A DNA stretch of 64,000 bases, taken from positions 9,954 through 73,953 of the forward strand of contig JBBRPH010000021.1 in assembly GCA_038228295.1 (NCBI GenBank). The letters are read 5' to 3'. Below the pieces are notes generated by a model that was not told the DNA's origin, ran no database searches, and was given only the letters and a program-made list of their open reading frames with translations. Position numbers and translations under genes: made by a program. This DNA comes from Chloroflexia bacterium (GTDB lineage: Bacteria > Chloroflexota > Chloroflexia > QHBQ01 > JAICKM01). Below are positions 25,203-33,194 of the stretch, in pieces. The stretch's first letter is position 1. Each line of letters starts with the position of its first letter.

Positions 25203-25525
25203 GCCTGCTCCTGCGGTTCAACCCCGCCCGCCCGGCGGATGCCGTCAGGGGTCAGCAGTTCAGCGGTAGCGGCATCCAACGCGGCGCGCTGTTGCAGCGC
25301 CAGGGTACGGGCGGCCCGCTTGCCCTGGCCGCGCAGACGCATCATGTAGACAAATAGCGGCATCAGCAACAGCCAGGCAGCCACTAACCACAGGCGCGCC
25401 CCATTGAAATCGGCCAGACTGTGCGCCAGCACGATCTGGGTCAACCCGCTACAGGCCAGCAGCAGACCCACGCCGGCCAACGCGATCAGCCGCTTCCGCA
25501 GCACTACATTAGGCATGGTCTGCAT
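25199..25525 (-). CDS. Small hypothetical membrane protein
   Basis: Two hydrophobic segments (LIALAGVGLLLACSGLTQIVL and LWLVAAWLLLMPLFVYMM). The stop overlaps the purC GTG (GTGA). The start is uncertain (ATG at 25525 or 25516). Confidence 0.4.
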   Translation of the reverse strand: MQTMPNVVLRKRLIALAGVGLLLACSGLTQIVLAHSLADFNGARLWLVAAWLLLMPLFVYMMRLRGQGKRAARTLALQQRAALDAATAELLTPDGIRRAGGVEPQEQA

Positions 25526-25853
25526 CCTCTCCCGGCTGCACCTGCTCGGCGGTCTGTGCGGCGCGGGCATGATCAAACAGTTGTTCCAGCGCCGCATTCG
25601 GGCGCGCTAGTTCGCGGCTCCAGCGCCGCCGGCGCAGCTCAGCATAGATACGGCCGTAGCGGATCGCCACTCCCAGGCTGATCACGGCGAGGGCCAAAAA
25701 AATCGCCGCGCCGAGCGTGGCCGTTTGTAAACCTAGCGCCAGCGACGACACGATGCAAAAGGATGCGATCCCGACGGCGGCCTGGAAGATAAAGCGTGCG
25801 GTGCCCTCGCTGGGCAAATGATCCGGCACACTCACCCGACCGGCTCCGCCCAT
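25509..25853 (-). CDS. Small hypothetical membrane protein
   Basis: Two hydrophobic segments (AAVGIASFCIVSSLALGL and LGAAIFLALAVISLGVAI). It is chained between mtaB and the next small ORF by overlaps. Confidence 0.4.
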   Translation of the reverse strand: MGGAGRVSVPDHLPSEGTARFIFQAAVGIASFCIVSSLALGLQTATLGAAIFLALAVISLGVAIRYGRIYAELRRRRWSRELARPNAALEQLFDHARAAQTAEQVQPGEDADHA

Positions 25854-27310
25854 AGCCCGGCGGCATCAAGCACCGTGACACGCGCAAGGGTGATGGTGTT
25901 GGGCGCAACAGGCCGGGTCGTCTGCACGCGCAAGTAGTTGTCGGTCAACCCGCGCCCGCCCGCCGTGTCAGCAGTCTCCCACAGCACCGGCAGGATGCGG
26001 TCAAGCATCGCCGTGGCGAACGCGGCGTGCCCGGCGACGCCAATGGCGGTCAGCCGCTCCCAGCGCGCGTGGCGGGTGGGCGGGTCCACCTGGCCCGGCA
26101 TCGTCAGCGCGGGCGTGCCGGGTCGTCCCGAATAGGGGAAGACATGGACCCCCAGGAAGCCCAGACTCGCGACAAAGGCGCACGTGTCCGCGAACTCGGC
26201 TTCAGTTTCACCGGGGAAGCCGACGATCACATCGGTGGTGATGCCGATGTCGGGCACCGCCGCGCGCACCTGAGCCACAATACGGGCGTACTCCGCTGTG
26301 TCGTAATCGCGCCGCATTCGCGCCAGCGTGGCATCACTGCCGCTTTGCAGCGGCAGGTGCAGGTGCCGGGCCAAGCGCCCGCCCACCTGGGCCTGCACGA
26401 ACAGCGGTAATAGGGCCACCGCGTCGGTCGGCTCCAGCGAGGTCAGGCGCAGGCGCGGCACGGTCGTCTCGGCCAGCACACGGGTCACCAACGCCGGCAG
26501 GTCGGGCGCTTCGCTGGGGTCGGCGGCCGCACGTTTGCGTTGCCCGTGGTCGCTGCCATACTTGCCCATATGGGTGCCGGTCAACACGATCTCTTGGGCA
26601 CCGCCGGCCAAGCGCGCCCGCACCCGCTCCAGCACGCCCGTTGTCGGCGTGCTGCGCGGCATCCCGCGCGTGAACGGGATGATGCAGAAGGTGCAAAAGT
26701 CGTTGCAGCCGTCTTCCACCTTGACCATCGCGCGTGTTCGCATCCCGGCGGCGGCATCCACCGCCCACAGGTCGGGGTCCGCGCCTTCGGCGGCCTGATC
26801 CCCGTCGGTCGTAGCCCAGTCAGGCAGCGGGCTGAGGCGTTCGGGCGGGACGAAGCCGGACACGCCGGCGCGGCCGCGCGTGCGGGCGCGCACTATGGCG
26901 GGCAAGCCGTCCAGCACCAGGCGCACCAGCTCCGCGCCCTGGCGCGGTGTGACGATCAGCCCAACTTCGGGCATTTCAGCCAGTGTGACCGCGCCGGACT
27001 CGGCATAGCAACCCGTTGCCACCACCAGCGCTGCCGGGTTCGCCCGTGCCACGCGCCGCAACCAAGCCCGTGATTTGCGGTCGGCCACCGCTGTGACACT
27101 GCACGTATTGACCACATAGACTTCGGCGGGCGCGCTGGGCGGCACCAGTTGGAAGCCTGCACTACGGAACGCGCCGATAGCCTGCTGCGTATCGCTCTGA
27201 TTCACCTTGCAGCCTAATGTGACAAATGCCACGCGCGGCGGCCCGTCGTCTCCCGCCGAGGGCACAGGACGACGCGGCAACAGGGTCAAATTCGCTATCG
27301 GCACAGCCAT
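25832..27310 (-). CDS. mtaB: Radical-SAM methylthiotransferase, MtaB-type (MiaB/RimO family)
   Basis: N-terminal UPF0004 domain with TLGCKVNQSDT and NTCSVT. Radical-SAM CNDFCTFCIIP. C-terminal TRAM-like region. Confidence 0.85.
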   Translation of the reverse strand: MAVPIANLTLLPRRPVPSAGDDGPPRVAFVTLGCKVNQSDTQQAIGAFRSAGFQLVPPSAPAEVYVVNTCSVTAVADRKSRAWLRRVARANPAALVVATGCYAESGAVTLAEMPEVGLIVTPRQGAELVRLVLDGLPAIVRARTRGRAGVSGFVPPERLSPLPDWATTDGDQAAEGADPDLWAVDAAAGMRTRAMVKVEDGCNDFCTFCIIPFTRGMPRSTPTTGVLERVRARLAGGAQEIVLTGTHMGKYGSDHGQRKRAAADPSEAPDLPALVTRVLAETTVPRLRLTSLEPTDAVALLPLFVQAQVGGRLARHLHLPLQSGSDATLARMRRDYDTAEYARIVAQVRAAVPDIGITTDVIVGFPGETEAEFADTCAFVASLGFLGVHVFPYSGRPGTPALTMPGQVDPPTRHARWERLTAIGVAGHAAFATAMLDRILPVLWETADTAGGRGLTDNYLRVQTTRPVAPNTITLARVTVLDAAGLWAEPVG

Positions 27311-27350
27311 TAGGTTTGCTCTCTTCTAAATGAATAGACACGCCTGTTTG

Positions 27351-27380
27351 ATTATACGGATCAGGCACGGCCGGAGTCAA
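27351..27380 (-). promoter_or_regulatory. Sigma70-type promoter of the mtaB-purC-purS chain
   Basis: Minus strand reads TTGACT (27380-27375), 18-nt spacer, TATAAT (27356-27351), about 40 nt upstream of the mtaB ATG. It is preceded by the hairpin GGTGGCGT-N10-ACGCCACC (27408-27433) that closes the protease gene. Confidence 0.55.
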
Positions 27381-27432
27381 GCGCGGCCCAGGTCGCGCTC
27401 CAGACTAGGTGGCGTCCCAGGCGGCACGCCAC

Positions 27433-30054
27433 CTAACGGCCCGCGTTGTGCAAGCGGGCCAAATCCACGCCGAGTAACCCAAGCAACACATCATAAGGCG
27501 ACGCATTCGCGGGGTGCAACTCAAAGCGATTGCGCTCGAAATATTGCACGGTATAGGGCAGACCGTCGGTGGCCGAGACCTCGGTAAACTCCTCGCTGAT
27601 CGGGTAGCCGAAGATTGGCAGCCCACCGTGAGCCTGCCAATAGGCCAGGAACGGCCCGGCCAGCCGATGGCCGGTCTGCGGGAAGTAGCGGTGCGACGCA
27701 TCCGTGTTGCCGACCGCAGCGGCGGTGAAGATGCGGCCGGCCGTGAGGTCGCGGCCCAGCAGACCAAGCAACACGTCATAAGGCGGCGCATTCGCCGGAT
27801 GCAACTCAAAGCGATTACGCTCGAAATACTGCACGGTATAGGGCAGACTGTCGGTGGCCGAGACCTCGGTAAACTCCTCGCTGATCGGGTAGCCGAAGAT
27901 CGGCAGTCCGCCGTGGACCTGCCAATAGGCCAGGAACGGCTCACGCAGAGTGTGAGCGACCGCCGTGAAGTAGGTCACGCCGGGTTGTCTCGGATCGGTG
28001 ATCCCGGCAAAGGCCGCTATCGGATCGGTCGGTGGTGGGGCTAGGGTCGGCAGCACAGTGGGCATAGCCGGCGCGGGTGTGGCGGCCGGCGTGGCGGCAC
28101 CGCCCGGCCCGAAATTGACCACGCGCACCGTGCCGGGCCGGCCATCCAGATCAAAAGACACCGGCGCCGGCACAGGGCTGCCGTCACGACTGCTCAGGCC
28201 CACGGTGTAGCTGCCGGCCGACAGGTTATCGAAGTGGTAGAAGCCGCTTACGTCGGCGTTACCGTACTGAAACGCACGCACGCCGTTGCCCACTTGCAGA
28301 TAGACCTGCACAAACGGCAGCGCCGGCCCACTAATAGTACCTTCGATCCGCGCCCCCGTCCCGGTATTCGGCGGCGGGGTGGGACCAGGCGTGGCGCCGG
28401 CCAAATCCACAGTTAGCGCCGTTGAAGCCAGAGCATTACTGCGCGCACCCAACGCAAACAACGTGCCGGTGCCCGCGCCTAGCTCGTCGGGAATACGGAT
28501 CGGTGCAGTGAAGCGCCCGTCGCCGTCGGCCTGCCCGCTGCCGAGTTCATGGTTCGCTCCTTCGGGTCCGGTCATCCGCAGGCCCACGGCTTCATCCGGC
28601 CCATAGCCGCGCCCGCTCAGGCTAAGAGTCGCGCCCGGTAAGCCGTGATTCGGGGCAAGGGTTAGGCCGGCCGGTGCGGCGGTGGCGGTCGGCAGCACCG
28701 GAGGGGTTGTGGGAACTACGCCGGTGGCGGTCAGCGGCACAGGGGGGATTGTGGGAGGTAAGCCGGTGACCGTCGGTAGGACAGTGGCTGTCGGGCGCAC
28801 TGGTGTCACACTAGGCGCGACCGCCGCCAGCGCCCGGCGCAAGTTCAGCCGCCCCGCGCCATAGTGCGGGTCCCAGCCGGTGGGACCGAGGTCGTCACTG
28901 CTGTCTTGCAGAATACGTTGCACCTCATCGGCGCTCAGATTGGGCCGCACCGAGAGCAACAACGCCGCCGCACCGGCCACCAGCGGGGCCGCCGATGAGG
29001 TGCCGCTGGCCCACTCGTAGCCCAGGTGGTCGGCGCTCCAGCCGGTGCTGAGAATATCCACACCCGGCGCGGCTAGGTCTACAAAAGGGCCATACGACGA
29101 GAACACGGCGGCGTGATCGTCATGGTCGGTGGCGGCCACGGCAATTGCCTCGACGAAGCCGGCGGGGTAACGCGCAGTGCCGTCGGGTGTATTGCCCGCT
29201 GAGGCTACGACTACTACGTTGTGCAGGTGCGCGTAATGCACCGCCTCTTGCATCGAAGTCGCCGGGTATTCGACACCCGCGCTAACATTGATCACCCGTG
29301 CGCCGTGGTCTACCGCGAAATGGATGCCGCGTGCGAAGTCACCGACATTGCCGCCGCCGTCGCGGTCCAAGATTTTGACCGGCATCACGCGCACGTTAGG
29401 AGCTACCCCCGCGACACCGAGGCCGTTGTTGAACAGCGCGGCGACCAGGCCGCTGGTGTAGGTGCCGTGGCCGTTATCATCGCTGGTGTCTGTCGTGTCG
29501 GCCACGAAGTTGTAGCCGGCCACCAACTGGCCGGCCAAATCGGGGTGGCCGGCGGCTACCCCGGTGTCAATCATGGCGACGATGATACTGCGGCTGCCTG
29601 TCGTATAGTCCCAGGCCGCCGGCGCGCTGATCTGCGGCAGGTACCACTGGCGCGGGTAGAGCGTGTCGTTCGGTACAACCGCCGCCTGCAACCGCCTATC
29701 GGGTTCGGCGTAGGCCACGCCCGGCACGGCGGCCAATGCCCGCACCGCAGCGGCCACATTCAGCGTGCCCCGGCCGGCGCGCAACCGGTACAGCCCCGTG
29801 CCGTCAAGCGCTTCGCTGCGATCCAACCCCCACGCCGCGCGCGTTTGCGCTAACACCGCCGGCACGCTCCCGGCACACAGTTGCACCAACACGCCGGCTT
29901 GCGGAGTGCGAAGGATGGAGTACGGATTGATCGGCGCGGCGGATAGGCCGACGACGCGCGCATTACCGATCCCACCTGTGCAGGCTAACAAGATAAGAGA
30001 CAGGATGAGTGCAGTTAGACCACGCGGGATCAGGTGGTGTGCTGTGTGTGCCAT
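27433..30054 (-). CDS. Secreted subtilisin-like (S8) serine protease with Pro/Thr-rich linkers, Ig-like domains and a duplicated C-terminal module
   Basis: Catalytic triad contexts are VAMIDTGV (Asp), DNGHGTYTSG (His) and SGTSSAAPLVAGAAALL (Ser). Signal-like LTALILSLILLACTGG. The ATG at 30054 is preferred over the ORF start at 30162. Confidence 0.85.
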   Translation of the reverse strand: MAHTAHHLIPRGLTALILSLILLACTGGIGNARVVGLSAAPINPYSILRTPQAGVLVQLCAGSVPAVLAQTRAAWGLDRSEALDGTGLYRLRAGRGTLNVAAAVRALAAVPGVAYAEPDRRLQAAVVPNDTLYPRQWYLPQISAPAAWDYTTGSRSIIVAMIDTGVAAGHPDLAGQLVAGYNFVADTTDTSDDNGHGTYTSGLVAALFNNGLGVAGVAPNVRVMPVKILDRDGGGNVGDFARGIHFAVDHGARVINVSAGVEYPATSMQEAVHYAHLHNVVVVASAGNTPDGTARYPAGFVEAIAVAATDHDDHAAVFSSYGPFVDLAAPGVDILSTGWSADHLGYEWASGTSSAAPLVAGAAALLLSVRPNLSADEVQRILQDSSDDLGPTGWDPHYGAGRLNLRRALAAVAPSVTPVRPTATVLPTVTGLPPTIPPVPLTATGVVPTTPPVLPTATAAPAGLTLAPNHGLPGATLSLSGRGYGPDEAVGLRMTGPEGANHELGSGQADGDGRFTAPIRIPDELGAGTGTLFALGARSNALASTALTVDLAGATPGPTPPPNTGTGARIEGTISGPALPFVQVYLQVGNGVRAFQYGNADVSGFYHFDNLSAGSYTVGLSSRDGSPVPAPVSFDLDGRPGTVRVVNFGPGGAATPAATPAPAMPTVLPTLAPPPTDPIAAFAGITDPRQPGVTYFTAVAHTLREPFLAYWQVHGGLPIFGYPISEEFTEVSATDSLPYTVQYFERNRFELHPANAPPYDVLLGLLGRDLTAGRIFTAAAVGNTDASHRYFPQTGHRLAGPFLAYWQAHGGLPIFGYPISEEFTEVSATDGLPYTVQYFERNRFELHPANASPYDVLLGLLGVDLARLHNAGR
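27481..27940. repeat. Tandem duplication with a 285-nt (95-aa) period at the protease 3' end
   Basis: 27481-27655 and 27766-27940 are near-identical at nucleotide level. Both encode PFLAYWQ.HGGLPIFGYPISEEFTEVSATD.LPYTVQYFERNRFELHPANA.PYDVLLGLLG. Confidence 0.85.
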
Positions 30055-30163
30055 GTGCGGATGCTCCAACAGGACAAGGGCTGGGACGAAGCCGACCCGA
30101 CCAACCGGGCGTAGGCTATGCGATGTGACCCGTGAAACGTGCAAAACTACACTGCTTATCATT

Positions 30164-30172
30164 ATTATACCA
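30164..30172 (-). promoter_or_regulatory. Candidate extended -10 promoter (TGgTATAAT) for the S8 protease gene
   Basis: Minus strand reads TGG TATAAT, about 105 nt upstream of the ATG at 30054. No good -35 element. The leader contains CGTGAAA CGTGCAA heptads (30131-30144). Confidence 0.35.
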
Positions 30173-30384
30173 GAGTGACTACGATTCGTCGTAACGCGCC
30201 GGCTTAAAGCCGGGGATCAATCGTTCTCGCCATGTGGACCATAGCCACACCTGCGCGCCTGACCCTTGTGTATGTAGCCCACACCCTATACAACGTATGG
30301 CCCCGCCGTTGGGTGCAACCCGCATGAGCGGCTGCGTAGCGGCAGTCGCCCATGCGGGTCGCTTCGTACTCTTGGCCCGGCAAG

Positions 30385-30414
30385 TTGACTCCGCAGGTGA
30401 CAGTGCCCTATACT
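30385..30414 (+). promoter_or_regulatory. Candidate sigma70 promoter of the S41 peptidase gene
   Basis: TTGACT (30385-30390), 18-nt spacer, TATACT (30409-30414). Confidence 0.5.
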
Positions 30415-30440
30415 TAGCCGACAGTGCCCTATACTTAGCC
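30399..30440 (+). repeat. Perfect 21-bp tandem duplication (GACAGTGCCCTATACTTAGCC x2) covering the -10 element
   Basis: Copies at 30399-30419 and 30420-30440 are identical. Confidence 0.9.
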
Positions 30441-30502
30441 ATCTGTTGCTAATGGATCACACACCGGCCGGCTGCGGCGGCAAACTGGAGGGAATCGCGA
30501 GT

Positions 30503-31945
30503 ATGAATGATAACCGTGGTAAAACTGTCCTGAGCCTGCTGGTGACACTGGGGCTGCTTTTCGCGTTTGGCTTAGGCGCGCTCAGCACTTATGTGTTGTT
30601 GCCGAGCCAGGGCGGGATTCGCGTGCCCGATAGCGGTAGCGGCGATTTACCGACCGTCGTCGGCAACGCCCAGACTCCGCAAGCGGGAGGAGCGCGGGTC
30701 ACCGCCACGCCATCCAAGAACCTTAATGATCAGATGAAGAGCTTTTACGACGTGCTGGATCTGATCAACAAAGAATCGTACTATCGGCCCGCCGATCAGC
30801 AGAAGTTGGTCTATGGGGCGATCCAGGGCATGATGGGCGCGGTCGGTGACGACTACACACGCTACGAAACGCCACAACAGGCATCCGATACCAACCAGCA
30901 GATGGCGGGCGAGACCTTTGCCGGCGTGGGGCTGTATGTCGAAACGGTGGATAACCTACCCACCGTGGCCGGCCCGATCCCCAACACGCCCGCCGCACAC
31001 GCCGGCTTGCGCGCGCACGATATTCTCGCCAAAGTAGACGGGCGGGACATCACCAAATTGCCGCTTGACGGGGTGGTGCAATTGATTCGCGGCCCGGCAG
31101 GCAGCAAGGTGCGGCTGACCATTGTGCGCAGCGGGCAAGCGCCGTTCGATGTGGAACTGACACGGGCGATTATCAACGTGCCGCAGGTGGCGACCGAGAT
31201 TCGTCCGGACGGCGTGGCCGTGCTGACGGTCAGCATCTTCGGCGAAAAGACGACCGAGCAACTAGACGCAGGCATTCGCCAAGCTAAAGACCAGCACGCA
31301 AAGGGCATCATCCTCGATCTCCGCAACAACGGGGGCGGCTTCGTTACCGATGCCCAGCAGATGATCGGCCGCTTCATTTCGCCCGAAATGGGCAAAAAGT
31401 TTAACGATGTGGCGCTCTATTACTCCTATTCACGCGACGGCAGCAACGAAAAGGCACAGCAGATCATCCGCGACGGCGAGAGTGTCTACGATGTGCCGCT
31501 GGTGGTGCTGGTCAACGGCGGCACGGCTAGTGCCTCGGAGATCACGTCGGGTGCACTATCCGACTACGGGCGGGCGATCCTGATCGGCGAGCAGACCTTC
31601 GGCAAGGGATCGGTGCAAAATGTGCATCAACTAGCCGATGGATCGAGCGCACGCATCACCATCGCGCACTGGCTATCGCCAGCTAAGCGCGACATCAACC
31701 CGCGCCCGACCGCGACCGCCGTGCCGAGCGCGACCGCAACTGCGCTGCCTACTCTGACCCCCACGCCGGCTGTTAGCCCGACGGCGCTGCCGCCGGGTAT
31801 CACGCCCACCGCCGTGCCGCCACCGGTGAAGCGTGACCGTGGCATCACACCCGATATTGAACTGATCCGCACTGACGAAGACTTCAGCAAAGGACGCGAC
31901 CCGCAGCTTGATCGGGGGGTGCAATATCTACTGACAGGTAAGTAG
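30503..31945 (+). CDS. ctpA: S41-family carboxy-terminal processing peptidase (CtpA/Prc-like) with a PDZ domain and C-terminal Pro/Thr-rich tail
   Basis: GGAGGG RBS at 30487-30492. TM anchor and PDZ domain (GVGLYVE...GPIPNTPAAHAGLRAHDILAKVDG). ILDLRNNGGG, VLVNGGTASASEI and GEQTFGKGSVQ are present. Confidence 0.85.
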   Translation: MNDNRGKTVLSLLVTLGLLFAFGLGALSTYVLLPSQGGIRVPDSGSGDLPTVVGNAQTPQAGGARVTATPSKNLNDQMKSFYDVLDLINKESYYRPADQQKLVYGAIQGMMGAVGDDYTRYETPQQASDTNQQMAGETFAGVGLYVETVDNLPTVAGPIPNTPAAHAGLRAHDILAKVDGRDITKLPLDGVVQLIRGPAGSKVRLTIVRSGQAPFDVELTRAIINVPQVATEIRPDGVAVLTVSIFGEKTTEQLDAGIRQAKDQHAKGIILDLRNNGGGFVTDAQQMIGRFISPEMGKKFNDVALYYSYSRDGSNEKAQQIIRDGESVYDVPLVVLVNGGTASASEITSGALSDYGRAILIGEQTFGKGSVQNVHQLADGSSARITIAHWLSPAKRDINPRPTATAVPSATATALPTLTPTPAVSPTALPPGITPTAVPPPVKRDRGITPDIELIRTDEDFSKGRDPQLDRGVQYLLTGK

Positions 31946-32183
31946 GTCGTATCGCATAATCTATAAGGCGCAGAGTGGGCGGGGCGGCGGTGGGCACCCT
32001 GCCCACTCCACTGCACAGATGCAGAACTCTGGAGCGCTACGGTTCTGGGCGGGCAGCCCTTAACGATAAGGTTGTGATAAGGTATACTACAGCAGACGAG
32101 CCCTTGTTACGCGAAGTCTCCGCTAGACAGGCACGTTGGACCTGTGCTACACTGCGGCGGACAGCGTCGGGAAAGGGTCGGCC

Positions 32184-33164
32184 ATGACAAACACCATTAC
32201 ATGCGCGCGTTGTGGCGCACAAAATCCAGCAGATGCGCGCTATTGTGATCAGTGTTCACTGCCGTTGCAGGCGCAGACCCTGCCGGCCCAGGTGCCACAG
32301 CCGGCGGCGCCGTTCGTATCGCGTCCGCCGCCGCCGCCTACACCGGGCCTAAGCGTGCCGCTCCCACCCATACCCTTGCCCACAGAACGGCCGGCCGGCG
32401 CAACGTTGCAAGTCGCGAACAGCAAGCCGCAAGCGGGCGGGCCGCCCGTGCTGTTGATCGGCGCAGCGGTTGTGCTGTTGGTGGTGTTTCTGGTGGGCGG
32501 GGGTATTTTGTTGGGCGGAACGATGGCGAACGGAGCGCCCCCGACTGCGGGACCAACCCCCAATCTGCAAGCGACGATTGCCGAGATGATGCACGCGCAA
32601 GCGACGCAGCAGGCGTTGAATGTACCCGCCGGTCCCTCAGTTACGCCGCTAGCCACGAGCAAGGTCCCAACCCAGGCACCAACGCTGCCGGCCCCGCAAC
32701 CGGCGACGCTAGCGCCGACGCAAGTAGCAACAGTTGCGCCGACTGCGGTCCCCCCGCCGGCCGCCACGGCAGCACCGGTGGTGGCGACAGTCGCGCCGGC
32801 TACACCGACACCGAACGGTCCCACGCCGACGGCCGTCACCGTCATCACCCTGACGATGAACGCGCTCGGCGGGTCAGGCGAACACGGCACCGCAGTATTG
32901 ACTGAGGAATACGACCTCGGCACCCGCATTGTGATCCAACTGAGCGGTGCGCCCACCGTGCCGCAACCGGCACACATTCACCTGGGCACCTGCGACAACA
33001 TTGCCCCCAAGCCCAGCTACCCGCTCAAAAACGTGGTTAATGGGCGCTCCGAAACCTTGCTGCCCATTAGCTTCAGCGAACTCCACAAGGGCGTGTATCT
33101 GATCAACGTCCACACCTCGGAGACTCTGCTGGAACCGTATGTTGCGTGCGGCGAAATTCGCTGA
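32184..33164 (+). CDS. Zinc-ribbon / TM / Pro-Thr-Ala-rich linker / CHRD-like domain protein, paralog 1
   Basis: N-terminal CARCGAQNPADARYCDQCSLPL. One TM segment (VLLIGAAVVLLVVFLVGGGILLGG). The C-terminal ~110 aa carry AHIHLGTCDN and YLINVHTS, resembling the CHRD aHIH / NvHT signatures. Confidence 0.6.
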   Translation: MTNTITCARCGAQNPADARYCDQCSLPLQAQTLPAQVPQPAAPFVSRPPPPPTPGLSVPLPPIPLPTERPAGATLQVANSKPQAGGPPVLLIGAAVVLLVVFLVGGGILLGGTMANGAPPTAGPTPNLQATIAEMMHAQATQQALNVPAGPSVTPLATSKVPTQAPTLPAPQPATLAPTQVATVAPTAVPPPAATAAPVVATVAPATPTPNGPTPTAVTVITLTMNALGGSGEHGTAVLTEEYDLGTRIVIQLSGAPTVPQPAHIHLGTCDNIAPKPSYPLKNVVNGRSETLLPISFSELHKGVYLINVHTSETLLEPYVACGEIR

Positions 33165-33194
33165 CGATACCCTGCTAGAAAGGCTTTGCGCGTC

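Noticed and set aside
30195-30225. tRNA-like anticodon stem-loop GCCGG-CTTAAAG-CCGGG, a 7-nt loop that would read anticodon UAA.
   Set aside because: The flanks cannot be folded into D-arm, T-arm (no GTTCRA) or acceptor stem. It is more likely part of a nested repeat hairpin.
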